Notes: a model not told the origin generated them from the sequence alone. A stretch of 57,557 nucleotides of DNA from Candidatus Eiseniibacteriota bacterium (GCA_005893265.1 VBOX01000056.1:1-57557); one strand, 5' to 3'; counted from the stretch's first letter, positions 1 to 13,036 are shown. Numbers and translations: made by a program.

Positions 1-1955
1 CAATCGCCGTGTCCCAGGAGGCTTTCGGCGCCGTTCATGTCCAGGATCACGCGCGAGTCGGTGCGGCTCGCCACCTGAAACGCGATCCGGGACGGGAAAT
101 TCGCCTTGATCATTCCGGTGATCACGTCCACCGAGGGACGCTGGGTCGCCAGAATCAGATGAATCCCGACCGCGCGCGCCATTTGCGCGAGGCGGCCGAT
201 CGGCTCCTCGATCTCCGTCGGCAGCAGGGCCATCAGGTCCGCCAGCTCGTCCACCACCACGACGATGTAAGGAAGCTTCGGCTCTTCCACCTGCAAGGGG
301 TCGAGGTTGAGGCGGTTATAGGCCTCGACGTTGCGCGCCCCATGCCGCGCGAGCATCTGGTACCGGCGCTCCATTTCCTTGACGCAAAAACGGAGCGCTT
401 GCGCCGCTTTCTTGGGATCCGTCACAACCGGCATCCTCAGATGCGGGATCCCGTTGAAGGGGGTGAGCTCGAGCATCTTCGGATCGATCAGGATGAATCG
501 AAGCTCCGCGGGGGTGCGCGTGTACAGCAGGCTCATGATGAGGGTGTTGATGCACACGCTCTTTCCCGACCCTGTCGCGCCTGCGATGAGCAGATGCGGC
601 ATCCGCTCGAGCGAGGTGGCGAAGGGGGCGCCGGCCACGTCCTTGCCGAGCGCCAGGGGGAGCGCGTCCGCCGTGTCCTGAAACGGCGCCGAGGAAATGA
701 TCTCGCGCAGAGACACGGTCGCTTTCACCCGGTTTGGGATCTCAATCCCGACCGCGGCCTTCCCTGGAATCGGAGCGACGATCCGGATCCTCTGCGCCTT
801 GAGCGCGAGCGCGAGATCATCCTGGCGGTTGATGATCTGGTTCACCTTCATCCCGGGCGCGGGCTCGTACTCGAAGAGGGTGATCACCGGGCCGGGGTGC
901 ACCTCGGATACCTTTCCCTCGACGTCGAAATCGGCCAGGGTCCGCTCGAGCACGCGGGACAGCTCGAGCAGCTCTTCCTCGTGGACCGTCTGCCGGGTGG
1001 TTTCGTACCGGTCGAGCAGCTCGATGGACGGTAGCTCCGCTTCCGGCACGGCGATGGGACCGAGCTTGAGTCCGGCTTCGATCCCCGCCCCGGCGCCGTG
1101 CCCTCCTCCGGCGCCCGAGCCCCTCAGCGATGGAGCGGCTAGCGGAGCGCCTTTCGGCGCCGGCGGTGGAAACGGAATGCTCAGAGGCTCCCCACGTCCC
1201 TCGGCGTCACGACGCGAGACAATACGCGGACCGGAGGGCGGGCGCGGTTTTTCCCGACCGGCCCCCCAGGCGCTCGCGATTTCCTCTTCCTCGATCACGG
1301 GAGGCTTTCTCCCTCGGGCGGTCGAGAAGGGGGACGCCGCGGGCTCCGATTCGTCCAGGTCCCTCGATTCGCCTCTGGCCTTCCCTTGCGCTTTTCCCCG
1401 CCGGAAGGGGGCGACGAGAGCCCCAAACGCCCCCTGAATCGCTTGGCGCACCGCCGGCGAGGAACCAATCTCGAAACCGATCACCCCGACGACGACAAGC
1501 CCCGTCCCCAACGCCAGCTCCCCACCAATCTTGCCCAGGATGCGAGCGGCCGTGAGCCCCACGAATTCCCCCAAGGCCCCCGAAATGGGACGGTTCCCCG
1601 ACATGACGAGGTGGAGAAAGCCGAGAAGGAAGAAGAGGCCGATCACGCCCAACGCGGTCCTGATGCCGGTCTCGAGGGCAGGCTTGAGGCGGAGGCGGTT
1701 CCACCCCCACGCAACGAGGGCGAGCGGGACCGCCCAGGCGCCCACGATCCCGAGCCAGGACACGAGGCTGCCGGAGAGGAGCGCCCCAAGCACGCCCCCC
1801 TGGTTTCGGACTGCGCCGGTGCCCAGAAGCTCACTCGTCTGATCCCGCGCGTCGCGCGTGACCAGCGCGAGCGCGAGAAACGCGCCGATCGAAAGGAGGC
1901 AGAGTCCCAGGATCTGGAACTTCCGCCGGACCGAGAGCCGGCCCAGGAGCCACAT
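1..1955 (-). CDS. ftsK: DNA translocase FtsK/SpoIIIE (3' end outside window)
   Basis: Not in the ORF track because it runs off the edge. Manual translation gives N-terminal TM segments (MWLLGRLSVRRKFQILGLCLLSIGAFLALALV), Walker A MPHLLIAGATGSGKSVC, and LAQMARAVGIHLILATQRPSVDVITGMIKANFPSRIAF in the same frame. Confidence 0.95.
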   Translation of the reverse strand, partial: MWLLGRLSVRRKFQILGLCLLSIGAFLALALVTRDARDQTSELLGTGAVRNQGGVLGALLSGSLVSWLGIVGAWAVPLALVAWGWNRLRLKPALETGIRTALGVIGLFFLLGFLHLVMSGNRPISGALGEFVGLTAARILGKIGGELALGTGLVVVGVIGFEIGSSPAVRQAIQGAFGALVAPFRRGKAQGKARGESRDLDESEPAASPFSTARGRKPPVIEEEEIASAWGAGREKPRPPSGPRIVSRRDAEGRGEPLSIPFPPPAPKGAPLAAPSLRGSGAGGGHGAGAGIEAGLKLGPIAVPEAELPSIELLDRYETTRQTVHEEELLELSRVLERTLADFDVEGKVSEVHPGPVITLFEYEPAPGMKVNQIINRQDDLALALKAQRIRIVAPIPGKAAVGIEIPNRVKATVSLREIISSAPFQDTADALPLALGKDVAGAPFATSLERMPHLLIAGATGSGKSVCINTLIMSLLYTRTPAELRFILIDPKMLELTPFNGIPHLRMPVVTDPKKAAQALRFCVKEMERRYQMLARHGARNVEAYNRLNLDPLQVEEPKLPYIVVVVDELADLMALLPTEIEEPIGRLAQMARAVGIHLILATQRPSVDVITGMIKANFPSRIAFQVASRTDSRVILDMNGAESLLGHGD

Positions 1956-1963
1956 AGCGCTGT

Positions 1964-4320
<2,357 letters not shown>

Positions 4321-4324
<4 letters not shown>

Positions 4325-5304
4325 GAAGATTTCACCTCGGATGAGTCGACCACGTTCAAGCGCTGGTGCGCGCCGCGCACCACCGCGTTCTCCCCTGCTA
4401 CCGAACCGTCCAGCACCGTATCTTCCACGATCGCGCCTTCGTTCACGATCGAGTTGCGCACCACCGCGCGGCGCACCTGCGCGCGGGGACCGATTGAAAC
4501 ATGCGGACCGATGACGGCCGCTGTGACATCCGCGGTGGGATCCACGGCTACGGGGGGCAGCACAACCACCCCCTGGCGGCTCACGGGCGTCGCGAGCTGC
4601 TCCAGCAAAACCCGGTTGGTTTCAAGAAGGGTTTCCGCTTTGCCGCAATCATACCAGCCCGCCACCGGAAAGGGGCGGAGTTCCTCCCCGCGCTGAAGAA
4701 GAAGCTGAAGCGCGTCGGTGAGCTGCACCTCCCCGCGTGTCAGACGCCCCTCGCGTACGAGAGTCTCCAGGCAATCAAAGAGGAGCGGCCCGTTGGCGAT
4801 GTAGTAAAGCCCCACGAGCGCCAACTTCGAAACCGGGCGCTCCGGCTTCTCGACGAGCTCGACGATCTTGTCCTCTCGGATCGTAGCGACCCCGAATCGG
4901 CGTGGATCGCTCACCTCGCACACCCCGACCCGAGAACCGTTCGAGACGAGATCCCCGAGCGCGGCCTGCACGATCGTGTCGCCCAATATGATGAGAAGCG
5001 GGGACTGCCCCGCCGCCTGCTTCGCCTGGGCCACCGCGTGCCCCAGCCCGAGGGGTGCGCTTTGCACCACACACTCGACGCGGAAATCCCTCCGGGAAGC
5101 CGCGTACTCGCGGATGCGGTCGCCCTGGGCGTCGGGACCAATCACGAGAACCACCAGCTCCGGCTTCGCCGGCCTCAGCTGGTCCAGAATGTGGGTCAGG
5201 ATAGGCTTCCCCGCCACCATCAGGAGCGCCTTCGGGGTGCGATCGGTGAGGGGCCTTAAGCGCGAGCCGGCCCCCGCAACCGGGACGATGGCGATCGGCT
5301 TCAC
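4321..5304 (-). CDS. sugar-phosphate nucleotidyltransferase (G1P thymidylyltransferase / M1P guanylyltransferase-like)
   Basis: [30 protein letters not shown], and a C-terminal hexapeptide-like beta-helix. Confidence 0.88.
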
Positions 5305-6395
5305 TTCCCGAGCGCTCGCTTGAGCGCGGTGACGCCGGGGAGCGCGCTCGGATCCACCCCGTTCAGGAGCGCGAGGTAGTAGCTCACGAAATCCCCACAG
5401 GTTACGCCCCAGAGAAGCCGCACCATCGGATCGTCCCCTTCGAGCATCACGGTCTCCACGTGAATCTTTCGCTTACGCAAATAGGCCGAGAGCCAGTCGA
5501 AGCGCCTCACGATCCTCGGATGGTCGCCGGGGTCGCGGAGCAGGACCGCGGCGAGCCGACCGACGACCCCGCCCGGGTTCACGAACCCATCCACTTCGTT
5601 GTGGTTCATCTCGGGTAGTACGGAAACCCATGCGAGATGCTTCGAGTTCTCGTTGAATTGCCCCTTCCAGCGCCATGCGACGGGCTCGGCCGTGCGTTTG
5701 TCTGCCACCAGCACAATCGGATGCCCCTTCAACTGTATCGCGAGTTGTTTGGCCGGGTTACGAGATTCTATCACGTCCGGGGAGAAGGCGATAGAGGCCT
5801 TATCCAACGCTTTGGCCGTCCGCTCGAGGCGCTCTTCCGCGTCCGGCAGTACCCCGAGGTGGTGGGCCACGTGCGCGAGCGCCGAGAAGGAATACCCCAG
5901 CGCCGCGCGCGGCGGGAACCCCGCCGGCAGAAGGGCGACCGGCACGCCATCCGCTTGGGCCCGCTGGGCGAGGGTGCCCCCCGACGCGAGCACGAGGGCG
6001 CGCGCGCCGAGCGCCTCGAGCGCGCGGTAGGCGGTCAGCGTTTCCTCCGTCTCCCCGGAGTAGGACGAAAACACCAGGAAGTCCTCCGGCGTAATCCAGG
6101 ACGGAGGCTCGTAGTGACGCACGACGTGGACGGGCACGGCGCCCTCACGATCGGCGAGCACGCGGAGGAGGTCGCCCGCGATCGCGGACCCTCCCATTCC
6201 GAGCACGATGAGCGCGCGCGGCCGATGGGGCTCGATGCGCTGCACGGCCTCGGCCGAGATGATCCCTCCGGACCGAAGCTGGGCCGGAAACCCTTCGATC
6301 TTGCCGGCCATCCCGTCCGCGTCGAGGCGCGCGTTCCGGGATTTCGAATCGAGCGGGCGCTCTCGGCGCATCCGGCTCGCGCGGGGGCGGATCAT
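5301..6395 (-). CDS. bifunctional phosphoglucose/phosphomannose isomerase (SIS fold)
   Basis: GMGGSAI, SYSGETEET, PPRAALGY, RWKGQFNENSK, PEMNHNE. Start placed at the ATGA overlap with the ptsI stop. Confidence 0.9.
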   Translation of the reverse strand: MIRPRASRMRRERPLDSKSRNARLDADGMAGKIEGFPAQLRSGGIISAEAVQRIEPHRPRALIVLGMGGSAIAGDLLRVLADREGAVPVHVVRHYEPPSWITPEDFLVFSSYSGETEETLTAYRALEALGARALVLASGGTLAQRAQADGVPVALLPAGFPPRAALGYSFSALAHVAHHLGVLPDAEERLERTAKALDKASIAFSPDVIESRNPAKQLAIQLKGHPIVLVADKRTAEPVAWRWKGQFNENSKHLAWVSVLPEMNHNEVDGFVNPGGVVGRLAAVLLRDPGDHPRIVRRFDWLSAYLRKRKIHVETVMLEGDDPMVRLLWGVTCGDFVSYYLALLNGVDPSALPGVTALKRALGK

Positions 6396-8140
6396 GCCGG
6401 TACGAAGATCCCCGGGTACTGTCGACTCATGAACTCGTTGACCACGGTGCGCACGTCGCTCGGGGTGTGGAGGCTCATGCAGCGATCCGCCAGCTCGCGC
6501 GCCTCGCCGTACGTGGAAGCTCGGATGATCGTCTTGATCTCCGGAACGAGATAGGGGCTCACGCTGAACTCCTCGAGACCCAGGCCCACCAGGACCACCG
6601 CATAGAGCGGCTCTCCGGCCATCTCGCCGCAAATCCCAACCGGAATGCCGGCGCGGTGACCCGCCTCCACGACCATCTTGATCGCATGGAGCACCGCGGG
6701 ATGGAGCGGCTCGTAGATCTCTGAAATCGCCTCATTGCCCCGATCCACGGCGAGCGTGTACTGAATCAGATCGTTCGTTCCGATGCTCACGAAATCCGCC
6801 TCTTGCGAGAGCCAATCGATACTGAAAACCGACGCAGGCGTTTCGACCATGACCCCAAGGGGAACGTTCTGGGCCATGGCCACGCCTTCCTTGCGAAGCT
6901 GGAGCTTCACGCGCTCGACGATTTCCCGCGCCCGCCTCAGGTCCTCGAGACCAATCACCATCGGGAACATGATCCTCAAATTCCCGTACGCGCTGGCGCG
7001 GAAGATCGCCCGGAGCTGGGTACGGAAAATCTCTTCTCGGCGGAGGCTGAACCTCAGCCCGCGCATGCCGAGGAACGGGTTCTTCTCGATCGGAGTGCCC
7101 AGATAGGAAGCAAACTTGTCCCCCCCCACGTCGAGCGTGCGGATGATGACCGGCTTCGGGCTCATCGCCTCGACGATCGAGCGGTACGCGTTGAATTGGG
7201 CTTCCTCGGTCGGCAGCTGCTTGCGCGCGAGATAAAAGAACTCCGTCCGGTAGAGCCCGATGCCGTCGGCCCCGTTCTCGAGGATTCCGGGCAGCTCCTC
7301 AGGAACTTCCAGATTCGCGCCCAGCCAGATGGGCCGGCCGTCGGCGGTCGCGCAGCGTTGATCCTTGAGCTCCGTCAGCTTCGCGGCCAGCTCACGATAG
7401 CGCTCACGCTTGCGCTCATGCTCGGCGAGCGTCTCGGGATCCGGATTGAATATCGCAACGCCCCGGGTGCCGTCCACGATGGCGATCGCCCCCTGCTGCG
7501 CCGATTCGGTCGCGGACTTGAGCCCGACAACCGCGGGAATCCCGCGAGCGCGCGCCATGATCGCGGTGTGCGACGTGCGTCCTCCGAGGTCGGTCGCAAA
7601 GCCGAGCGCCATGCTCCGCTGGAGGAGCGCCATCTCGCTCGGCGGGAGGTCGTTCGCGACGATGAGCGAGGGCTCGGTAAGATCGCTCAGCGAATGCGCG
7701 CGGATCCCGCCCAGGTGGGCGAGAACGCGACGGCGAACGTCACGGACATCGATCGCGCGGCCCCGATAATACTCGCCGTCCACCTCGTCCAGCCGCGCGG
7801 CCACCGCGGTAAGAATCCTCCGATACGCAAACGCCGCGGGCTTCCGTTCCCGCTCGATCACCGCGAGGGTCTGGGAGGTCGCCTCGGGATCCTCCAGAAT
7901 CTCGATCTGGGCGTCCAGGATTCGCGCCTGCTCTTCACCGGTCTCGAGCGCGATCTTCTCCCGCAGCTCACGGACCTCGACCGAGCTCTCGCGGATGGCC
8001 TTGCGAAAGCGCTCCTGCTCGGCGGCCGTATCCTGAACCCGGAGGTCGCCGTCCTGGACCTCGGTTTCCTCGGGATCCACGATGTGGACCGGGCCGATCC
8101 CGATCCCCGGCGATGCGGCGATGCCTTGAAGGGTCGTCAT
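6392..8140 (-). CDS. ptsI: PTS enzyme I, phosphoenolpyruvate-protein phosphotransferase
   Basis: GGRTSHTAIMAR (phospho-His), GIGLYRTEF, NPFLGMRGLR, SIGTNDLIQY, GICGEMAG. Confidence 0.97.
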   Translation of the reverse strand: MTTLQGIAASPGIGIGPVHIVDPEETEVQDGDLRVQDTAAEQERFRKAIRESSVEVRELREKIALETGEEQARILDAQIEILEDPEATSQTLAVIERERKPAAFAYRRILTAVAARLDEVDGEYYRGRAIDVRDVRRRVLAHLGGIRAHSLSDLTEPSLIVANDLPPSEMALLQRSMALGFATDLGGRTSHTAIMARARGIPAVVGLKSATESAQQGAIAIVDGTRGVAIFNPDPETLAEHERKRERYRELAAKLTELKDQRCATADGRPIWLGANLEVPEELPGILENGADGIGLYRTEFFYLARKQLPTEEAQFNAYRSIVEAMSPKPVIIRTLDVGGDKFASYLGTPIEKNPFLGMRGLRFSLRREEIFRTQLRAIFRASAYGNLRIMFPMVIGLEDLRRAREIVERVKLQLRKEGVAMAQNVPLGVMVETPASVFSIDWLSQEADFVSIGTNDLIQYTLAVDRGNEAISEIYEPLHPAVLHAIKMVVEAGHRAGIPVGICGEMAGEPLYAVVLVGLGLEEFSVSPYLVPEIKTIIRASTYGEARELADRCMSLHTPSDVRTVVNEFMSRQYPGIFVPA

Positions 8141-8403
8141 TCCTCACCGAACTTGTTGTTGACCACGCGAACCAGCGCTTCCAGGGCTTCCCGCTCGTCC
8201 TTCCCGTCGGCGCGGAGCGTGAGCTGCGCGCCCATCTCGGCGGCGAGCATCATCACCCCCAGGATGCTCTTGCCGTTCACCTCAAGCCCGTCGCGGATCA
8301 CGAAGATGTGCGAGGCGAATTTCGCGGCTTCTTTCACGAACACGGAGCACGCCCGCGCATGAAGCCCGAGGCGGTTTTGAATCGTGACCGTCTGCTCCAC
8401 CAT
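8137..8403 (-). CDS. ptsH: phosphocarrier protein HPr
   Basis: GLHAR (His15) and NGKSILG (Ser46); 88 aa. Confidence 0.96.
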   Translation of the reverse strand: MVEQTVTIQNRLGLHARACSVFVKEAAKFASHIFVIRDGLEVNGKSILGVMMLAAEMGAQLTLRADGKDEREALEALVRVVNNKFGEE

Positions 8404-8419
8404 CTCGTGCCTCGGTCCT

Positions 8420-9265
8420 CTAGACGCGGGTCGAAAGAGCCAGGGCCACGAGGGCCGCCGCGAGCGCGATCTCGACGCCCCGCCCGGGCCATCGCTTGAG
8501 CCCGAAAGCCGCTGCCAGAAAACCCAGGACGAAGGGCGCCAGAACGAATGCGATGTGCGCGAGCCCTTGGCTGGCCGGATCCGCGCTCCTGGCGAGCACC
8601 GAGAGCGTAAGAACTACCAGCACTCCGAATCCAAACGCGCTCGACCGCTCGAGAACGCGCGTGAGCGTCGCGAGCTTGAGCGAGTGGAGAAGCTTCCCCG
8701 GATCATCGGCGAGCGCATAGCCGCGCGGCACGCCCGCGATGCGGAATCTCAACGCGACGGCATTGTACGTCAAAAGCGCGAGGAGAGGGCAGACCAGGAC
8801 CCTGAGGTCCGGCCCCCACGGATTGGCGAGCGGCAGGATCCCCATTCCCAGGATGCCTACCAGCCCCGCAAGCGGTCTCAGCGTCACCCAGAACAGCGGA
8901 TCGCCGAACGCGGCCAGCGGGCTCGCGAGCGCGCGCTTCACGTCCTCGATCTGCGTCTCCTCGATGGTGATCCCCCGCGCCCGGCGCTCCTCGAGACGCG
9001 CCACGACCCCCAGGACGTAGCCGGCCAGGACCGGGTGTGTGCCGAAGAAACCCAGATGGCGGGTGAGGGCTTTGCCTTGCTCCTCCGCTCCCGAGTAGAG
9101 GCGGCGGATGACCGGAATGAGCGCGAACGCGAAGCCCAGGCCCTGCTGGCGCTGCGCCGAGAAGAGCGCCTGCAGATAGAGCGATCGGGAGGTGACCTTC
9201 GCCAGGTCGCGGCCACGGAGCGCGGGCCCGGACCCGGGGATCCCCGCGGGCTGCGTCCCGATCAC
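8420..9265 (-). CDS. manZ: PTS mannose/fructose/sorbose family IID component
   Basis: Q.LGFAFALIP, HLGFFGTHP, PLAAFGDPLFWVTLRP. Start placed at the GTGA overlap with the IIC stop; the upstream part of the 527-aa track ORF is a shadow. Confidence 0.88.
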   Translation of the reverse strand: MIGTQPAGIPGSGPALRGRDLAKVTSRSLYLQALFSAQRQQGLGFAFALIPVIRRLYSGAEEQGKALTRHLGFFGTHPVLAGYVLGVVARLEERRARGITIEETQIEDVKRALASPLAAFGDPLFWVTLRPLAGLVGILGMGILPLANPWGPDLRVLVCPLLALLTYNAVALRFRIAGVPRGYALADDPGKLLHSLKLATLTRVLERSSAFGFGVLVVLTLSVLARSADPASQGLAHIAFVLAPFVLGFLAAAFGLKRWPGRGVEIALAAALVALALSTRV

Positions 9266-10017
9266 GGCGTGGGACCCCCCATATGCAGGAGTACCAGGAT
9301 CACGGCGAGCGCACCCATCGCGGCCCAGCGCGGTCCGTGCCGCGGCGCGCGCACGTGGGTATGGAAGCCGGACGCGAACGCCGTTCCGAGCAGCACCGCA
9401 AAGACGAGCCCCGTCCTGGGACCGGTGATGATGCTCGCGATCTGGGGCAAGATGAGGGATGCTGCGGCGATGCCCGCCACCGTTCCCGCCGCGGACCAGG
9501 TCGCTCCGCGCAAGAAAATCCGGAACACCCCTCCCCAATAAAGCGCCTCGAAGGCGCGAAGTCTTCCTTCCCGAGCCAGCTCGTCCGCGCGCGCTGCGGC
9601 CACCTGGTTCCTCGCGCGGAGGGGCGTCTCCAACCATCCTCCGGCCATGGAGGCGATGAGACCCGCGATCGTACCGACCAGGACCCACAGCATCCCCCCG
9701 GTCGACACCGAGACCACCGGAGTGAGTCGCTCCATGCAAACGAGCGCGACCGAAGTACCGATGACCCCCGCCGTGGCGACATCGCGTGGTCGCTGCGCGG
9801 CGGGCAGGGAGGGATCGGTGAGGAGAAGCTGAAGAAGGACGCCGACGCCGAGCGGGATTCGAAGGGCCCAAAGCTCCCATTGCGGACCGGGGTTCAGCAG
9901 GGCTCCCGCGAGGCACGCGCCGACGAGCGGCTGGCCGAGCATAAGATTCCAGCCCGCCGAGCGGTCCGTGGCGAGAATCCCTCCGAGAAGGGCGATACGC
10001 CAAAGCTCAGAGACCAG
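9262..10017 (-). CDS. manY: PTS mannose family IIC component (divergent; probable CTG start)
   Basis: Hydrophobic, with QPLVG-like and LQLL motifs. In-frame upstream extension LVSELWRIALLGGILATDRSAGWNLMLGQPLV begins at CTG 10017, 5 nt after GGAGGT. Confidence 0.75.
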   Translation of the reverse strand: MVSELWRIALLGGILATDRSAGWNLMLGQPLVGACLAGALLNPGPQWELWALRIPLGVGVLLQLLLTDPSLPAAQRPRDVATAGVIGTSVALVCMERLTPVVSVSTGGMLWVLVGTIAGLIASMAGGWLETPLRARNQVAAARADELAREGRLRAFEALYWGGVFRIFLRGATWSAAGTVAGIAAASLILPQIASIITGPRTGLVFAVLLGTAFASGFHTHVRAPRHGPRWAAMGALAVILVLLHMGGPTP

Positions 10018-12139
10018 CGCCCACCTCCCCGACCCGGGCGGTGATTCGAATCGGCGCCGACCCAGCCTCAGGCCCGGATCGGAATCCGATCAGAAACGCC
10101 GTTCCCTGGTACACGCGCTCGGCGCCCGCCTCGGATAGCGAGACCGTTTCGACGGGGGACCACTCGACGCGCGCCGCCGGCTCGAACTCGAGCGTCAGCG
10201 CCACGTGGAGGTACTCCGAGTCCTCGAGCCTCATCGACGTGACCGAATCCGCCTCTCCGGTCGAACCCGGAGCGCATGCCACCCGCGTCTTTCCCTCGAG
10301 CAGCAGGCGGCGCCCAGGCGCGGCCGCGGTCAGAAGGCTCAGGTTCCATTCGCTCACCAGCCACGTTTCCGCGGGGAGCCCGACGAATCGAACCTCGAAC
10401 TCGTCTTCATCCCGACCGGGCACAATCTCTTTCTCGATCGTGCCGCGCGGATCGCCTGCGGACGCGAGTGCGATGAGCGGAGCCGCCTCCGTGTCGCGCC
10501 CGCGCGTGGGCGCGAACCTGAGCCGCGCCGGATCGCGGCCGATCGAATCGCGGATGCTGCCGGCCGCCGCGACGTCGCTCGCGGAGATCATCCACTCCTG
10601 CGACGCGTACCGCGGACGTTCGTCGTACTCCAGAAGCCGCTCCAGCCCGGCCTCCTTGACACCAATGGATCCGTGGATCGTCTCGGGCTTGTGGGCGGCC
10701 TCGCCGGGCGCGCTCCCTTCCCCTTGAGCGGCGGCGCGCCGCGCGGCTTCCTCGATGCGGCCATGATAGGCCTCGCGCCGCCGGGCGATGACGCACGCGA
10801 AATCAAACGGGCGCCGGCGCTCCGCAAGCTCCACGATCGCGCCCCAGCCGTCCAGGGTCACTCCCACCGAGACCCGGGACGACTTGAGCCTCCATTCCTC
10901 CCCGCCTCGTTCGACCGTCCAACCGACCGCCGGTCCCTGAAGCCCGTCGGCGAGCGCGTCGGCGCGGAGCATGTGCCCTCGTACCGCTTCCCGCAAGTGC
11001 GGGAGGTAGAATCCGCCGAAGACGCCGTGCCAATAGGAGCAGTTGCATTGGGCGCGATGCACTTCCCGCCGTGCGTCTTCATATTGGGTCCGCGCGAGGC
11101 AGGACCGGCCCGCGTGCTCGACCTTCGCGCTCAGCTCCGTCACGCGCCGGTGCATACGACGCGATTCCGGATACCGCGCGAAGAATTCACGCCAGGTTCC
11201 GGTCGCGATCCGCCTCGCGAGATCCGGCTTTCCATGGGCTTCGAGCCAATGCTGCTCCTGTTCGATCCGCACCTGCTCAGCGGCCGGAAGCGCCCAGAGC
11301 ATCATTTCCGGGTAGCTCGCAGCCGGCAACGCAATGCTCCGCGTCACCTGCCCCGCCTCCCAAACGTCGCCAAGCGGGATCGCCTCGATCGCCTGACGTT
11401 CTTCCAAGGACCTAAGCCAGGACTCGAGCCAGCCGTCGCGGTACACCCAGTCGTGCGTGTGCGGCCAGATGCCGAACTTTTCTCCGTCGTCGCCGAAGAC
11501 GCGAATTTCGCCGGACGCGCGGGCAGAGCCGCGCAGGAAACCGAGAAACTCGGGAACGGGCTGAAACGGGATCCGGTAGCGCAGCTCACGCTCGATCGGG
11601 AACACGCCGACGCGGCCCATCGTCGACTCGACCCAGTACGGCTCGCGGAGAGCCCCGGCGTCGGCTCCGGCGAGGAGGAAGTGGTGGTCGTCGACGAGCG
11701 TGTACTCGATGCCGGCGCGCGCGAGCACCTCGGGAAGATCCGGCTCCCATACCCGCTCCGCGAGCCAGGCTCCCCGCGCGGTCACCCCGAACCGCGCCTT
11801 CAAGTAACCGTTCATCCTCTCGATCTGCCCCTGCTGATCCCACGGAGGGATCACGGCGAGGATCGGCTCGTAAAAGGCCCCCGACAGGAGCTCCACCTGG
11901 CCGCGGCCGCAGAGCATCCCCAGGGCATCGAGAATCGACGGCTCGTGCTCCTCGAGCCACTCGAAGAGGGGCCCCGACCAATGCATGGACAGGCGTACGC
12001 CCGGATGGCGAGCGAGGGCGTCCAGGAACGGCCGATACGCCCGCTCGACCGCTTCGGCGAAGACCGAATCGAAATTCCCGACCGGTTGATGGTTGTGGAT
12101 CGCAATGGCCATCCGGACCGGCGTCCCCTCGATGGGCAT
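10007..12139 (-). CDS. GH57 alpha-amylase / 4-alpha-glucanotransferase
   Basis: HNHQPVGN, WLAERVWEP (nucleophile Glu), FGDDGEKFG (acid/base Asp), AQCNCSYWHGVFGG.YLPHLR, and a C-terminal ETVSLSEAG.ER.YQG domain. No signal peptide. Confidence 0.92.
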   Translation of the reverse strand: MPIEGTPVRMAIAIHNHQPVGNFDSVFAEAVERAYRPFLDALARHPGVRLSMHWSGPLFEWLEEHEPSILDALGMLCGRGQVELLSGAFYEPILAVIPPWDQQGQIERMNGYLKARFGVTARGAWLAERVWEPDLPEVLARAGIEYTLVDDHHFLLAGADAGALREPYWVESTMGRVGVFPIERELRYRIPFQPVPEFLGFLRGSARASGEIRVFGDDGEKFGIWPHTHDWVYRDGWLESWLRSLEERQAIEAIPLGDVWEAGQVTRSIALPAASYPEMMLWALPAAEQVRIEQEQHWLEAHGKPDLARRIATGTWREFFARYPESRRMHRRVTELSAKVEHAGRSCLARTQYEDARREVHRAQCNCSYWHGVFGGFYLPHLREAVRGHMLRADALADGLQGPAVGWTVERGGEEWRLKSSRVSVGVTLDGWGAIVELAERRRPFDFACVIARRREAYHGRIEEAARRAAAQGEGSAPGEAAHKPETIHGSIGVKEAGLERLLEYDERPRYASQEWMISASDVAAAGSIRDSIGRDPARLRFAPTRGRDTEAAPLIALASAGDPRGTIEKEIVPGRDEDEFEVRFVGLPAETWLVSEWNLSLLTAAAPGRRLLLEGKTRVACAPGSTGEADSVTSMRLEDSEYLHVALTLEFEPAARVEWSPVETVSLSEAGAERVYQGTAFLIGFRSGPEAGSAPIRITARVGEVGAGL

Positions 12140-12624
12140 CACGCCGCCCCGCCGAGCAGGGGGGCGAGGTTTCGCGCGGGGTTCGTCGGAAGATCCTGGG
12201 CCGTGAGGCGGACGCCGAGCCGCTCGAGAGCGAGGAGCGCCTCCCGCTCCGCGGAGCTCACGTGGATGTAGGGGAGCACCTCGACCTTCCCTTCCGCGTG
12301 GTGGAGTCCGCCCACGTTTACCTCGACGAGCGGAAACCCGCCCTGTTTGAGTCGAAGCGGCTCCTCGGGCCCCGGGAACAGGAGGAAGGATCGCTCCGCC
12401 TCGATGGTCGCGAGCGTCGAAGGGAGAAGCGCCTTGGAAACGGATAGCGCGGCGGCGCGCGCCCCCTCCGGTGCGGCAAAGAGATACAGATCCGCGCGGC
12501 GCGGATCCGCACGGAGCGGATCGGAGACGATACCGATCCACGTCGGACGTAGCGGTCCGCCCCAGCCGTGGACGACCTGGCCATGGATGAGCCGGTCGTC
12601 GATCCGCGCGAGGAGAAGCGGCAC
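12139..12624 (-). CDS. PTS mannose family IIB component
   Basis: RIDDRLIHGQV phospho-His motif; VNVGG. Confidence 0.93.
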   Translation of the reverse strand: MPLLLARIDDRLIHGQVVHGWGGPLRPTWIGIVSDPLRADPRRADLYLFAAPEGARAAALSVSKALLPSTLATIEAERSFLLFPGPEEPLRLKQGGFPLVEVNVGGLHHAEGKVEVLPYIHVSSAEREALLALERLGVRLTAQDLPTNPARNLAPLLGGAA

Positions 12625-12625
12625 G

Positions 12626-13030
12626 CTAGAGTACGGTGATGCCGGCTTTCCCCTTGGCTTCCAGGCGCGGCAGAAGCTCGTCCAAGGGAAGCGTGTCGCG
12701 ATAGTGGAAGAACTCGAGAAGCATGGGAAGGTTGACCCCGGTGACCTTTCTCACGAGCCGATCGCCGTGGTCGGCGCGGCGCGAGGCAATACCACAGCTG
12801 CCGGCGGCAAGGTCGGTGAAGACCACGACCGGGCGCTCCCCGGGAACGCCGCGGACGCGCTCTTCGATCGCGCGGCTCAGGCCGTCGCTCGAGAGACCGT
12901 CATTGCTCAAGACCTGGACATCGGACTGGGCGCCGAGAATCGCCTCGACCGTGCGGAGTAGCTCCGAGCCGAGCGCGGCGTGGGTCACGAGGAGCGCGAA
13001 GGGCCGTTGCGGCACCTGGGCCGGGTTCAT
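12626..13030 (-). CDS. PTS mannose family IIA component
   Basis: LVTH, VFTDL.AGS, VTGVNLPMLLE. Confidence 0.92.
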   Translation of the reverse strand: MNPAQVPQRPFALLVTHAALGSELLRTVEAILGAQSDVQVLSNDGLSSDGLSRAIEERVRGVPGERPVVVFTDLAAGSCGIASRRADHGDRLVRKVTGVNLPMLLEFFHYRDTLPLDELLPRLEAKGKAGITVL

Positions 13031-13036
13031 CGTCGA

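Noticed and set aside
8420-12541. Apparent long N-terminal extensions on PTS IID (527 aa) and GH57 (844 aa)
   Set aside because: The extensions overlap real upstream genes in other frames, and overlap-coupled starts exist at 9265 and 12139/12142.
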